Assembly: GCA_964035545.1 (NCBI GenBank)
Contig: OZ037767.1
Coordinates: forward strand, 15,070,998-15,134,997
DNA from: Bugula neritina
Taxonomy: Eukaryota > Animalia > Bryozoa
DNA: 64,000 nt
Reading direction: 5' to 3'
In this document: piece after piece, positions 48,401 through 58,315 of the stretch
Layout of the letters: each line of letters starts with the position of its first letter
Position numbering within the stretch: position 1 is the first letter of the stretch
Program-made: the position numbers and the translations under genes
The notes under the pieces: model-generated
The model's database searches: none
Seen by the model: the letters and a program-made list of their open reading frames with translations, nothing else
Told to the model about the DNA's origin: nothing

Positions 48401-49134
48401 AAAATATACGAAATAGAGTTAACGTTAAATTAGTTACTAGCGAAAGCGAAGCTAAAAAGCTAACTAATCAGCCTAACTTTAAAAACTTCACTATATTTTC
48501 TGAAAATTTAATAGCCGTTCATATGAATGTAGTAAAATTAAAATTTGACAAGCCTATATATTTAGGTGCGGCTATATTAGACATTAGTAAAACTCTAATA
48601 TATGACTTTCATTATGGTTATATTAAACCAAAATATAATAAAAATGCGCAATTATTATTTACGGACACGGACAGTCTAATGTACCACGTAAAAACGAAAA
48701 ATTTTTATGAGGATATATTACCAGACATTACTAGAATATTTGACACGAGTAATTATCCTAACAATCACTCGTTACCAACGGGTATAAATAAAAAAGTAAT
48801 AGGTATGTTTAAAGACGAAGCCGGCGGTAAACAAATTACGGAATTTGTAGGCCTAAGAGCTAAATTATACTCTTACAAGATGGATGGTATGGAAGAGAAA
48901 AAATGTAAGGGTATTAATAAGACTACTCGTAATAATTGTATAACATTTGACGATTATAAAGAGTGTTTATTAACACGACGAGATCAGCTTAGAACGATGA
49001 ACGTTTTGAGAAGTCATAAGCATACAATGTACGCTGAAACAATAAATAAAGTAGCTCTGTCGGCCGAGGATGATAAGAGAATTATACTCGAAGACGGTAT
49101 AACTACAGTCCCTTACGGTTATATAAATGATTAA
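45454..49134 (+). CDS. polB: Protein-primed family B DNA polymerase with N-terminal terminal-protein region
   Basis: ExoI IYADFE, ExoII HNLSGYD, RKGVFPY, ExoIII YMKVDV, YLDANNLYG, KLMNNSVFGK and FTDTDS. Also a Rho-N-like N-terminus, NKCF...HY (OTU-like), a Zn finger and an EndoVII-like insert CYIC...DHCH...AHNNCN. Confidence 0.97.
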   Translation: MEFNTKITVKALKALAKERGLKRYSQLKKAELIRLLSPMDEPVPNIGQAPLIPTPVIKIMREIFTQTTRNIKKWVKGIVKPIAKIVNPIKDKIMALYNQPKLKEQAAKGWFQTYEIKGLPKYDIDSFSKLVKLNVIKLLKPTIKVKIFMYCEMEKINVRTGETIVEIMPFTSNIETILESTNINEIYDEIIERIKENFASLNAKGSSWTFKAIKKMEISINKYQPLNGSSWIDLPKEIKLKKAVINPKNEDNKCFMWAILMSIHTPKNHPERISNYKEYVNKFSWEGVEFPATKKSIDAFEEVNFDFGINVFTWDGKTINLWKKTKNQGKIINLFYISDDKKSHYAYIKNLNKLLGSQINKRVSAKHICVNCMNSFRSNESLKKHQNWCLTNDGVTTVFPKIENKIKFQSSHYCRSMRVPFTIYADFECFTKPIYGCKPNFKESYTNQYQQHEPSGFGYYIVSITGECNYRSYTKEAEDEDIGEQFIRLLEFDIKNLYKKHKFAKPMRITNSEQESFQLAENCYICEEKLGDDRVRDHCHLTRDYRGAAHNNCNLNYKIPKFYPIFIHNLSGYDAHLFIKNLGGEPSCIPNTEEKYISFSKKLLVDEFTNNKGEKIKVTREIRFLDSYKFMSSSLASLVANLKRDDFKHLQKHYIDCQKHYAEKQLDLLLRKGVFPYDYFNNVNVLNEKCLPPKEKFYSSLTESNISDEDYEHAQKVWREFNMKTFKDYHDLYMKVDVLQLADVFENFRNVCLKHYKLDPAWYYTAPGLSWDAMLKTTKLELDPITDVDQLLFFEKAIRGGVSMISHRYAKANNKYMENYNASEPSSYITYLDANNLYGWAMSKNLPVGNFKWMTEKRCKDLEKSLNFPPSFLEVDLEYSKKLHDSHKDYPFCPERIIINKVEKLVPNLNNKKNYVIHYKALKQCLMYGLKLTKIHKGITFNESNKLEKYIKLNTELRTLAKSDFEKDFFKLMNNSVFGKTMENIRNRVNVKLVTSESEAKKLTNQPNFKNFTIFSENLIAVHMNVVKLKFDKPIYLGAAILDISKTLIYDFHYGYIKPKYNKNAQLLFTDTDSLMYHVKTKNFYEDILPDITRIFDTSNYPNNHSLPTGINKKVIGMFKDEAGGKQITEFVGLRAKLYSYKMDGMEEKKCKGINKTTRNNCITFDDYKECLLTRRDQLRTMNVLRSHKHTMYAETINKVALSAEDDKRIILEDGITTVPYGYIND

Positions 49135-49540
49135 AATAAAAAATATAAAATTACAAAATAAAGCTCTCTCGAATATTGAATTAGAGTTTGCGATTAAAAA
49201 GTTAAAAATACCATTTTTTAGAGGAGTATTTTCAAGAAACGATTTACCCAATAAACCGCGTAAAAAAGAGTGCGGTATATTAAATTTAGACAATTTAATG
49301 GGTAACGGTACTCATTGGGTAGCTTGGTATAAAAATAACAATAAAAAATATTATTTCGATAGTTTCGGATTACATCCACCGCTAGAAATAATGAAATATT
49401 TAAAACCGCCTATATTTTATAACACGGAACAAGTACAAGAATTCGGTACCGTTATATGCGGACACTTGTGTTTATATTGGCTTAAAGAAATGTCTAAACG
49501 CGAGTCGCCTCAATTAATTATAAATAAATTACTTATATAA
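49127..49540 (+). CDS. Adenain/Ulp1-like maturation cysteine protease
   Basis: GTHWVA (His), YFDSFG (Asp) and Q...CGHLC (Gln/Cys). Confidence 0.95.
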   Translation: MIKIKNIKLQNKALSNIELEFAIKKLKIPFFRGVFSRNDLPNKPRKKECGILNLDNLMGNGTHWVAWYKNNNKKYYFDSFGLHPPLEIMKYLKPPIFYNTEQVQEFGTVICGHLCLYWLKEMSKRESPQLIINKLLI

Positions 49541-50053
49541 ATGACTTCAGTTTATATTTTTGGAAATTCGGCTAATATAATAAATGAACAACCGTATATT
49601 ACGAATATTATAATTCCGTCAGAATTTACGTATTATTTAGGAGGATTTACTACTACATTAATTAAAGATTTTTTAGTCGATGAACTGATTGAAATAACGG
49701 ATATATTAATACAATTTTACGGTGAACAAGCTCATAATACTAAAAAACTTTATTGGACTGATAAGCGAATAGGCTTACATATTAGAAATAGTACTGAATT
49801 ATTTAATCCATCCAATGAAAATACTTTTTATAATATAAGCGGTAATGAACACAATCTTCCGTTTAGCGAAATAAACGCTAATAAAATTATTGAAGCTAAT
49901 AAAAACTTTAAATTAACAATAGCGTTATCAAAAAATTATCCTAGTCATAAACCCAGTGACGTAATTTTAATCGACACTCCCGCTAGCGAAATAACCGATG
50001 CGGCATTACCCTTTCATTACGTATTAGTAAAACTTTATTATAATTATAAATGA
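49541..50053 (+). CDS. Tandem paralogue 1, beta-rich, putative receptor-binding/decoration protein
   Basis: Shares YWTDK, ISGxEHNxP and YPSHKP...DTP..EIT..ALPF with the next two ORFs. Function is inferred. Confidence 0.8.
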   Translation: MTSVYIFGNSANIINEQPYITNIIIPSEFTYYLGGFTTTLIKDFLVDELIEITDILIQFYGEQAHNTKKLYWTDKRIGLHIRNSTELFNPSNENTFYNISGNEHNLPFSEINANKIIEANKNFKLTIALSKNYPSHKPSDVILIDTPASEITDAALPFHYVLVKLYYNYK

Positions 50054-50583
50054 ATTCAGTATATATTTTTGGAAATTCGGCTAAAGCCAATATAATAAAT
50101 GAAAAACCGTATATTACGGATATTATAATTCCATCATATTTTTTATTTGATGGTAGATTTGATAAATTTGAAGGAATATTAATTAGAGATTTTTTAGTCG
50201 ATGAACCGATTGAAATAACAAATATATTAGTACATTTTTACGGTGAACAAGTTCATAATACTAAAGAACTTTATTGGACTGATAAACAATTAAGCTTAGA
50301 AATTAGAAATAGCGCTGACACATTTAAGTATGGTGCAGTCACTGAAAATATTTTTTCTTATGATATAAGCGGTGCTGAACATAATGTTCCGTTTAGCGAA
50401 ATAAACGCTAATAAAATTATTGAAGCTAATAAAAACTTTTCACTATTATTAACATTATCAAAAACTTATCCTAGTCATAAACCTAGTAATGTTATTTTAA
50501 CCGATACTCCCAATAATGAAATAACCAATACAGCATTACCTTTTCATTACGTAATAGTAAAACTTTATTATAATTATAAATGA
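50050..50583 (+). CDS. Tandem paralogue 2
   Basis: Same motifs; ATGA overlap with paralogue 1. Confidence 0.8.
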   Translation: MNSVYIFGNSAKANIINEKPYITDIIIPSYFLFDGRFDKFEGILIRDFLVDEPIEITNILVHFYGEQVHNTKELYWTDKQLSLEIRNSADTFKYGAVTENIFSYDISGAEHNVPFSEINANKIIEANKNFSLLLTLSKTYPSHKPSNVILTDTPNNEITNTALPFHYVIVKLYYNYK

Positions 50584-51104
50584 ATATTTATAAATTTAGT
50601 AAAGTCGATATAACGACTAATAAAGCGTTTATTTCAGGTCTTATACATAATAATAGATTTTATTATTACGAAAATATTAATAGCTTTACGGTAGATTTAA
50701 TTAACGATTATTTAGTAGATAAACCTATAAAAATAACGCACGCGTTAATACAATTTTATGGTGACCATTTTACTTGGGCTAAAAAAAGAGTATTATATTG
50801 GACCGATAAAAAAATAGGTTTACATATTCGTAATAGCGTAAATCCTTTTGATGAATCTAAAGAAAATTTATTTTATACTATTAGCGGTGCCGAACATAAT
50901 GTTCCGTATAGTAAAATAAATATTAATAAAACCGTTAACGCTAATAATAATTTTTCTTTTACAATAGCTCTTTCGAGTGATTATCCAAGTCATAAACCCA
51001 ATGACGTAGTTTTAATTGATACTCCCGCTAGCGAAATAACCGATACAGCATTACCTTTTTTTTACGTATATTTTAAACTTTATTATAATAGCATTCATGA
51101 ATAA
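50580..51104 (+). CDS. Tandem paralogue 3
   Basis: Same motifs with a more divergent N-half; ATGA overlap with paralogue 2. Confidence 0.8.
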   Translation: MNIYKFSKVDITTNKAFISGLIHNNRFYYYENINSFTVDLINDYLVDKPIKITHALIQFYGDHFTWAKKRVLYWTDKKIGLHIRNSVNPFDESKENLFYTISGAEHNVPYSKININKTVNANNNFSFTIALSSDYPSHKPNDVVLIDTPASEITDTALPFFYVYFKLYYNSIHE

Positions 51105-51316
51105 TCTACTAATAATTATTTTTTTTCTTAAAATAAATAATTTTACACTACTAATAAAATAATAAAAAAGTAAATTATTGTTATAATATTCTTCAAAAAA
51201 AAGTGAGCTAAAACCATCCACCCTAAAAATATTTTTTTTATTTTTAAAAATAAATATTTTTCTAAATAATATTATACTACTTTTTTATAATATTATACTA
51301 CTTTTTTATAATATTT

Positions 51317-51425
51317 ACTAATAGAGTAGTAGTAGGTGGATGCGTCCTAGGACAATCCCTGACACCGGAGAGTCAAAGACTCGACGGGGGAAGGGTTGTC
51401 CTAGGACCATCCACCTACTACTACT
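51317..51425 (-). repeat. Right TIR (109 bp)
   Basis: Exact reverse complement of 36931-37039; followed by TSD CTGACT. Confidence 0.98.
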
Positions 51426-51544
51426 CTGACTTTATAACCCTCAAGCTGTGGCACTCAATTTCTATAAGTAGTAACTAATAACAAATATAAAATTATTTAT
51501 TTGCTACTGATAGTGATAATAATAATAATTAAAAATAATAATAT

Positions 51545-54505
51545 GATCCATTAAAATAGAACTAATAAAGCCAACGACGTTAATGGTATGTCTAACTAAA
51601 CATGGCATGTCTCGTCTGGCAGTGGGTATGTGGAGGGCCAGGCAACCTACGGCCGTCAACCCGTTAATGGCACAACTAAAAGAAGATACTCAAGAGAAGA
51701 CAACAAAGTTGTCATGAAATGCTGCTTCAAAAGTACACCCAAATTGAGAGGTTATAGAAAAACAATGTATGAGCTCTGTAGACCTGGATCAAAGAATTAT
51801 TTAAAAAGAATGTGCAAACGCTGGAAAACAGAGGAGAGTTTAACATCAGCGAATAGAGACTAGCGGATTAAGCAAGAACTATGAAGAAACACAAGCATTT
51901 TATGGAAGAAGAACTCCATAAGATTGAAGAAGGAACCTTGCAAGAACTAGGCACATCAATTGGTGAAGAAGATAATGAAGAGCTAAATTTGCAAATAGAG
52001 GATGTTATAGTACAACATGAGATAGCATATAAATCAGCCATGAGAATTTTAAGAGTACCTAGTTCAGAGGTAGAAAAAGTGTTAGTAGAAAAATGATAAA
52101 TGAGCATAACAAACTATCTAATGATCGACCAACACTAAGAGCCCTTAGGCACATTGAGAGGGTCAAATTACTACAGGCAGTAAAACAGATTAGTGATGTG
52201 CTAAACTGTGTTGAGATTATTAATACCATTGAGCTTAATAACACCACCATGGCTTGTGCGAAAAATAGTAACAGAACAAGTGTGTAACAAAAAGGAAAAA
52301 GAAAAACTGACAATGTACAAGTATGGAAAATACGACTGCAGAAGAAATAAAAAGAAATTAGATCAGACTTAAGTAAAATAGCAGAGTGAAAAAGTAGAGC
52401 TTACAATGATTCATTGAGAAGAATGGTTGAAGAAAAATATAGGATAAAGAACAAAGAGTGTGGTGTAGTGATTGAAAAACTGAAGCAAAACCTGAGAGCT
52501 GTAAGCCAGAAGATAAACAGATATACAGAATGAGTTGATCAATATAATCAGAACACAATGTTTACAATGATAAGCGCTTTTATCAAGAATTACGAGGAAA
52601 TGAATACGTACATCTAAAGAGGCACCTGACAAGGAAATCAAAAGCATTCTGATAAAATATATGGGGTCAGCCAACTAAAAATAATACCAATGCAGAATGA
52701 CTAAATAAAGTTAGCAACAAATTGGAGCATATGTAAAGACAAGGAAATTAGATCTTAGAAACGATGCAAACAACTGGAATAGCAATTAATGTCATAAGGT
52801 TGATAAGAAAAAGCATGAAACCTGGAAAACACAACTGAAATACCTGGAAGAAAAGATAGGAGAAATAAAGATCAAACTAAGAATTTTCCAAGGAGACTCT
52901 TTATCTCTATCACTTTTCTCCAACTACCGATTCGCATGTCAGAAGCAGCTCAATGATGCAAATTTCGACGAGACAGAAAACAAACCATCTCCTATATGTG
53001 GATGACCTGAAGGTAAATAGGAAATCAAAGTGGGAACTGGAAGCTTTGGTAAACACTGCCGGGATCTTCACAAGGAATATAGAAATGAAATTTGGATTAA
53101 AAAATGTGCCACACTGGTTATGAGAAAGGGAAAGAAAATTAAGGACACAGGAATCAGTTTGCCTGATGAACAGGTAATCAAAGATCTGGGTGAGAAGCCG
53201 TATAAATATCTAGGAGTTCTTGAGATTGATGGAATACAAATATATGAAATGAAAAATAAGATCAAGGAGTACTACAAACAAATAAGAAAAGTTCTGGATT
53301 CAAAACTGAATGGTGAGAACACAATCAAAGCAATAAACACATGGGCAGTAACAGCAGTGCATTACACAGCTAGAATACTTGACTGAACTGTTTCATGAGC
53401 TAAAAAATATAGACTGAAAGACAAGGAAGCTAATGACAACAAACCGTGCACCCTATCCGAGAGCAGATGTAGGCAGGCTGTATTTTAGCAGAAGGGAAGG
53501 CGGTAGAAGAATGTTGTCAACTGAAAAATGCATAAAGATTGAAAACTGCGCACGTCAGACTACATAAATATAACATAGACTGATAGAAACACCACACTGA
53601 ATACCTTCCTAAAAGACAGAACAGCGGTAGAACTAAATAATGATAACGTGATAGAAAGAACTGATGAGTGTAAAGAAAAGCTTCACGTGGTCAATACATC
53701 AAAATGGTGGAAGACATGAAAGCATTTTCCTGGAACTGGTTGAAGTATGGTTGGCTGAAAAAGGAAACAGAAGGACTGCTGACAGCTGCGCAAAATCAAC
53801 TATTCACTACTAGAAATTATAAAGTGGCTATGATGAGAGAACAGGGTAGCAAGAAGTGTGGAATGTGTAACGCAAGAGACAAAACTTCGATGCACGTATT
53901 GAGTGAGTTTGAGAAGGTAGCAGAAGGAGAATATAAGAAAAAACACAACCTTTTGGCATTGATAATTTCAATAGTAGTTGTGTGAACTTCGTGGGTTTCA
54001 GAAAAGTAAGAATTGGTACGGCCATCAAGCAGAATAAGTACTGGAAAATGATAATGTGAAAACCTTGTAAGATTTTAACATACACACTGACGTAGTCATC
54101 AAAGTTAGGAGACCCGATATATTAGTAGTTGACAAGCATAATGCTGAAACAACGATAATTGATATCACAGTCCCTGTTAACTACAGAGTAAAAGAAAAAA
54201 ATTCGAAAAGTTAGGAAAATATCAGAATTTAGCACTAGAATAAACCCGCCTTTGGAAAACATCAAAAAAGTCATCCCGTTGTAACTGGAGCCTTTGGAGC
54301 TTTATACAAGATTGTAGACTGGCTGACACTACTTGGAGTAGCTGAAAACAAATGCTCATTAATTCAGCAGACACCCTTACTAGGATCAGGATAAGCTCAC
54401 ATCCTGAGGAAAGTTCTAGCCATTTCAGCCTAGTATAACTAGGCCAATGGTAAAAGGTTACACCAGCTAAAAAACTACGGTCAATCAACAATAATAATAA
54501 TAATA
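51545..54505 (+). mobile_element. Decayed R4/Dong-like non-LTR retrotransposon, near full extent
   Basis: 5' remnant RRYSREDNKVVMKCCFKS...GYRK, then the same RT/CCHC/RLE remnants as 1-1937. (TAA)n tracts flank both ends. Boundaries are approximate. Confidence 0.8.
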
Positions 54506-55550
54506 GTGCAGTTGGTTCTATTATTAGATTAGCATATCGATTATGACTTTTCGATTGCCACCCTGATACTATGAGTAAAATGTACAAGCATACGTGAAAG
54601 TATAGATATGATCATAAGTATAAAAATAGGTATAAGTATAAATATAAATATAGGTACAAGTATAAAACGAATGATTATATTATTAATAATATTAGTCAGT
54701 GATACCTATAACCGTAATGGTTTTTAGACTTACAGTTATCATTAACATTAGCTGAGTAATATGATTAGTTAAAATAATGGTATTCATTATCATATCATAG
54801 TTATAAGTTATAACTCTAGTCTCTAAAGAGCAACAGCAAGTGTAATTGGGATATTCATATTAAATTTCATATTCACATAGTGAAATGTTTATGTTATGAA
54901 CTAATTTATTCCTTCAACATTTAACTATAAATATGATTAACACTAACTTTGACCAGCAGTATTACTAAAAGAAGCGTATTACAAATATAAGATAATAAAA
55001 TTCTAGTAGTAGGACTAATAGTATTACTAGGTCCAGTATTATTCTTGTTATCTTATTCATCATTCATGAGTTATCAAATTTAAAATTACTACTTATTAGC
55101 ATCAGCATATAAAAAGTAAGATCATTAGGAATAATTGTCATGAGGTATGATCTATGATTTGCATTATTCATATATAGTTTAATATCAATATGATATATTA
55201 TTATTGCTGATAGTCTATGTTATAGTTAAATTTATACTTATCTTTACAGTTACCTATAGTAGCACTTATTAGTTATTTGTGGTAGCCAAACTAATGTTTA
55301 ATATTAATAAATTAAACTGAGTATCATAAAAGTGTTACTAAGAATTTTAATTATAATCGTAATGGTGATCATATTACTTTATTATAATTAGTATATTTTA
55401 TCATTAATGCTAAACTGAGTTAATGTATATACTTTGAGTTTTACTATTACTCATTATATTTACACTTATAGTAAAACTAAATATGTAAAAGTTATACTTA
55501 TACTATTATTATTCGTATTTCATTAGACTTACATCTAAGATCGCAGTCCT

Positions 55551-55700
55551 ATTACTACTACCACTGATACTAGTACTACAACTAGTACTAGTACTGCTAC
55601 TAGTACTAGTACTACTACTACTACTACTACTACTACTAATAGTACTGTTACTACTACTACTACTAGTACTACTACTAGGTCTACTACTGTACCAGTACAA
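55551..55700. repeat. Degenerate (ACT/AGT)n microsatellite, copy B
   Basis: Length variant of 2984-3130. Confidence 0.85.
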
Positions 55701-58315
55701 CTACAAACTTTGAAAATAACTGCAAGAAAGGTATGACTTACTCTTTTTCTTAGTCTTACTGTGACTCTCAGTCGTAATGTAAAATAAAATTGTGAACTGT
55801 AAAGTTAAACCCAAGGCTGAAATTTATTTAATTAAATTTAGACAATCTGAATCATTGGCTCAATCCTTGAGTTTGACTATTACTATTATTATTAGTGTTA
55901 CGATTGTGATTATCATTGGCATTATGCCATTATGATTATCATTATGATTGTAATTGTGGTAATTCTAACAATAATTATAATCATAAATTAAAAGGTAATG
56001 ATTAATGATAATTATTTTCATTTTGTAATCATAATGATAATCATAATGATGTAAATTTTGATGTAAAACCAAAATACTAAAATTAAAACTAAAAGTAAAA
56101 GTTATAAAATTAAATGATAAAATATTATAATGATAATTATTATATTTATTATATTATTATTGAATATATTATTTCATTAGAAAATAGGTTGCAGCTTAGC
56201 ATGATTAAAATTCAGTAAAAATTAGTTTACCAACAGCAAACATGCATGCGTCTTGTCAACATTCAATTCGTAGTGTCATAGCGAAGCCAGATTACTGGTA
56301 GTACGACTACTAGAACTACTACTACTAGTGATGGATTACAGATCCTTGGCGATTTTAGCTGTGAGTGACCTTCACCTCACATTCTCGTCATGTGCGCGGC
56401 ATTAGACTAAGTAGAGGGTATGAAGCACTGAGCTGGAAAAGAAAGAATATATTTTAATTATAGGTAATACTAATAGTAATATAATTTATGGTAATATATA
56501 GGTAATATTATTGAGTTCATTGGTATGGAGTATAGACCTATCACTGATAGTATCAGTATCAACTACCACTTACGTACTACTTCAACTTATAACTTACCTT
56601 CAACTCAAACTCAAACTGAAACTGCTTGGAATCATTTGTCTTTGATCATATTGGCATTGTCATTGTGATTGTAATAACTATTAATATTTTTAGTTCAACA
56701 TCAATGCCGAACATATTGTAATAACTAATAAGATAATCATAAGGTTGATATATTTTGCTAATACTAATACTAATAGTTATAGTAATAGTTATAGTAATTC
56801 AGTGTCACTCTCACTCTGGTGGAGTGAGACTCAGACTTAGAGTTAGAGACAGAGTGAGTCCGAGTAAGTCTGAGTGTTGGGAATAGTAATAGTCATATAA
56901 ATTTAAATTATGTTTACTTATTTCTAGCAATCACAATGGCAATAGTTATAGTAACTTTCACTTACTCTTAAATCATTGAACCTGAACTAAAAGTAAAATT
57001 AAGCATTATGATTATCATTATGATTATACCTATGATTTTATTATGTTTAAATTAAAAATCAATATCATGATAATATCATAGTGATAGACATATTATTGAT
57101 AAATGATAATATAAAAGTAATTTGATAAATTATACATTGATTTTGAATTAAGGTGATACTGATACTAGACCGGTACTGAAAGTGATAGTAATACTAATAG
57201 TAATAGTATTAGTCATATAAATTTAAGTTATATTTACTCATTACCGGCAATCACAATGGCAATAGTAACTTAAACTGTAACAGTAATGGTATGGGTATGT
57301 TTGAAATTGTCACTATCAGTATTGCTATGAATCAAAATATAATGCTATCATACCAATAATTTAAAATAATATTACAAAGCTTCAGTAGCAACTTTTACTT
57401 GTACCAGTTTGGAATTTTGAATTATACATATTCTTAGTTAAAGTCTTCAAGTTTATTGTCAAAATGAACTTGAAATTAAAGACTTAGTAGTAAAAATTAA
57501 ACTAAGACTGACTGTAAGTGACTAAGATTAGAAATAAGTAATTTTAAGTATCGATTTAGTATTTTTCTTACTCTTTGTCTTAAAATTGACTTTTATTTTG
57601 CACCTACTCCTGGTCAATGATTCTTTTTTCTATTTATATTACTATTGCTATTAGTATAATTGACTTAAATTTAATAATAGATATGATTATATCTTAATAA
57701 ATGTGATATTTGATTTTATGAATAGTAATTCGAAAACTCTTTGGTATTATTTATTTTTGATCATTGTAGTTATTATCATTATATTTGTATAATAATTATG
57801 ATTATCAAATTCAATATCGATATTTGTATTATGGTATGGATATCTGCCTCCATCCCATGTTCTGTTTTGCAGTGCCTTTTTACATTCACGTCTAGGTTCA
57901 CATTGCGATGGTCATACTGATAGCACTTGGGGATAGTGAGGAGCATAATGATTATCACTAATATTAAGATTATCGTTATTAGGATTTAGAATAATTTAAT
58001 AAACAAGCAACTTAAAACAAATGTTTTTACTAATATACATATTAATTACTAATATAAATATACTACTATGAATATTATAATTATTATACTTTACAATTCA
58101 AAGTAAGATAATCATAATACGAACTGGTAAAACTAAATATAAAGTAAATGTAATAATACTAATAGTAGTTATCCATTCCCCTTTGGTTTCACATACTAAT
58201 AATTGGAAACCTCTGTCCTAATATTATTTCTATTAATATTGCTCAAAGTTTGATCCCTATTTAATTTTATAGTTCACTCACCAGCTACATAATTTTATTA
58301 AAATACATGTGGTAT

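Larger units (their letters stand above)
36931..51425. mobile_element. Intact Polinton/Maverick (adintovirus-like endogenous virus), 14,495 bp
   Basis: Identical 109-bp TIRs, 5'-AG...CT-3' ends, 6-bp TSD CTGACT (36925-36930 and 51426-51431), and uninterrupted pPolB, RVE integrase, ATPase, protease, MCP and penton ORFs. Confidence 0.98.

Noticed and set aside
48702-48708. TTTTTNT poxvirus early terminators as a general rule for the element
   Set aside because: TTTTTAT occurs inside polB and the motif is common in AT-rich DNA, so it is not reported as a terminator feature.
37381-49293. Antisense ORFs inside the Polinton (37381+, 41964-, 45792-, 46621-, 48970-)
   Set aside because: Shadows of well-supported genes on the opposite strand; they lack the ATAAATG start context.
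49541-51104. Diversity-generating retroelement acting on the three paralogues via the adjacent RT
   Set aside because: The neighbouring RT is a dead non-LTR element outside the TIR/TSD. There is no template repeat, and the differences are not adenine-specific.
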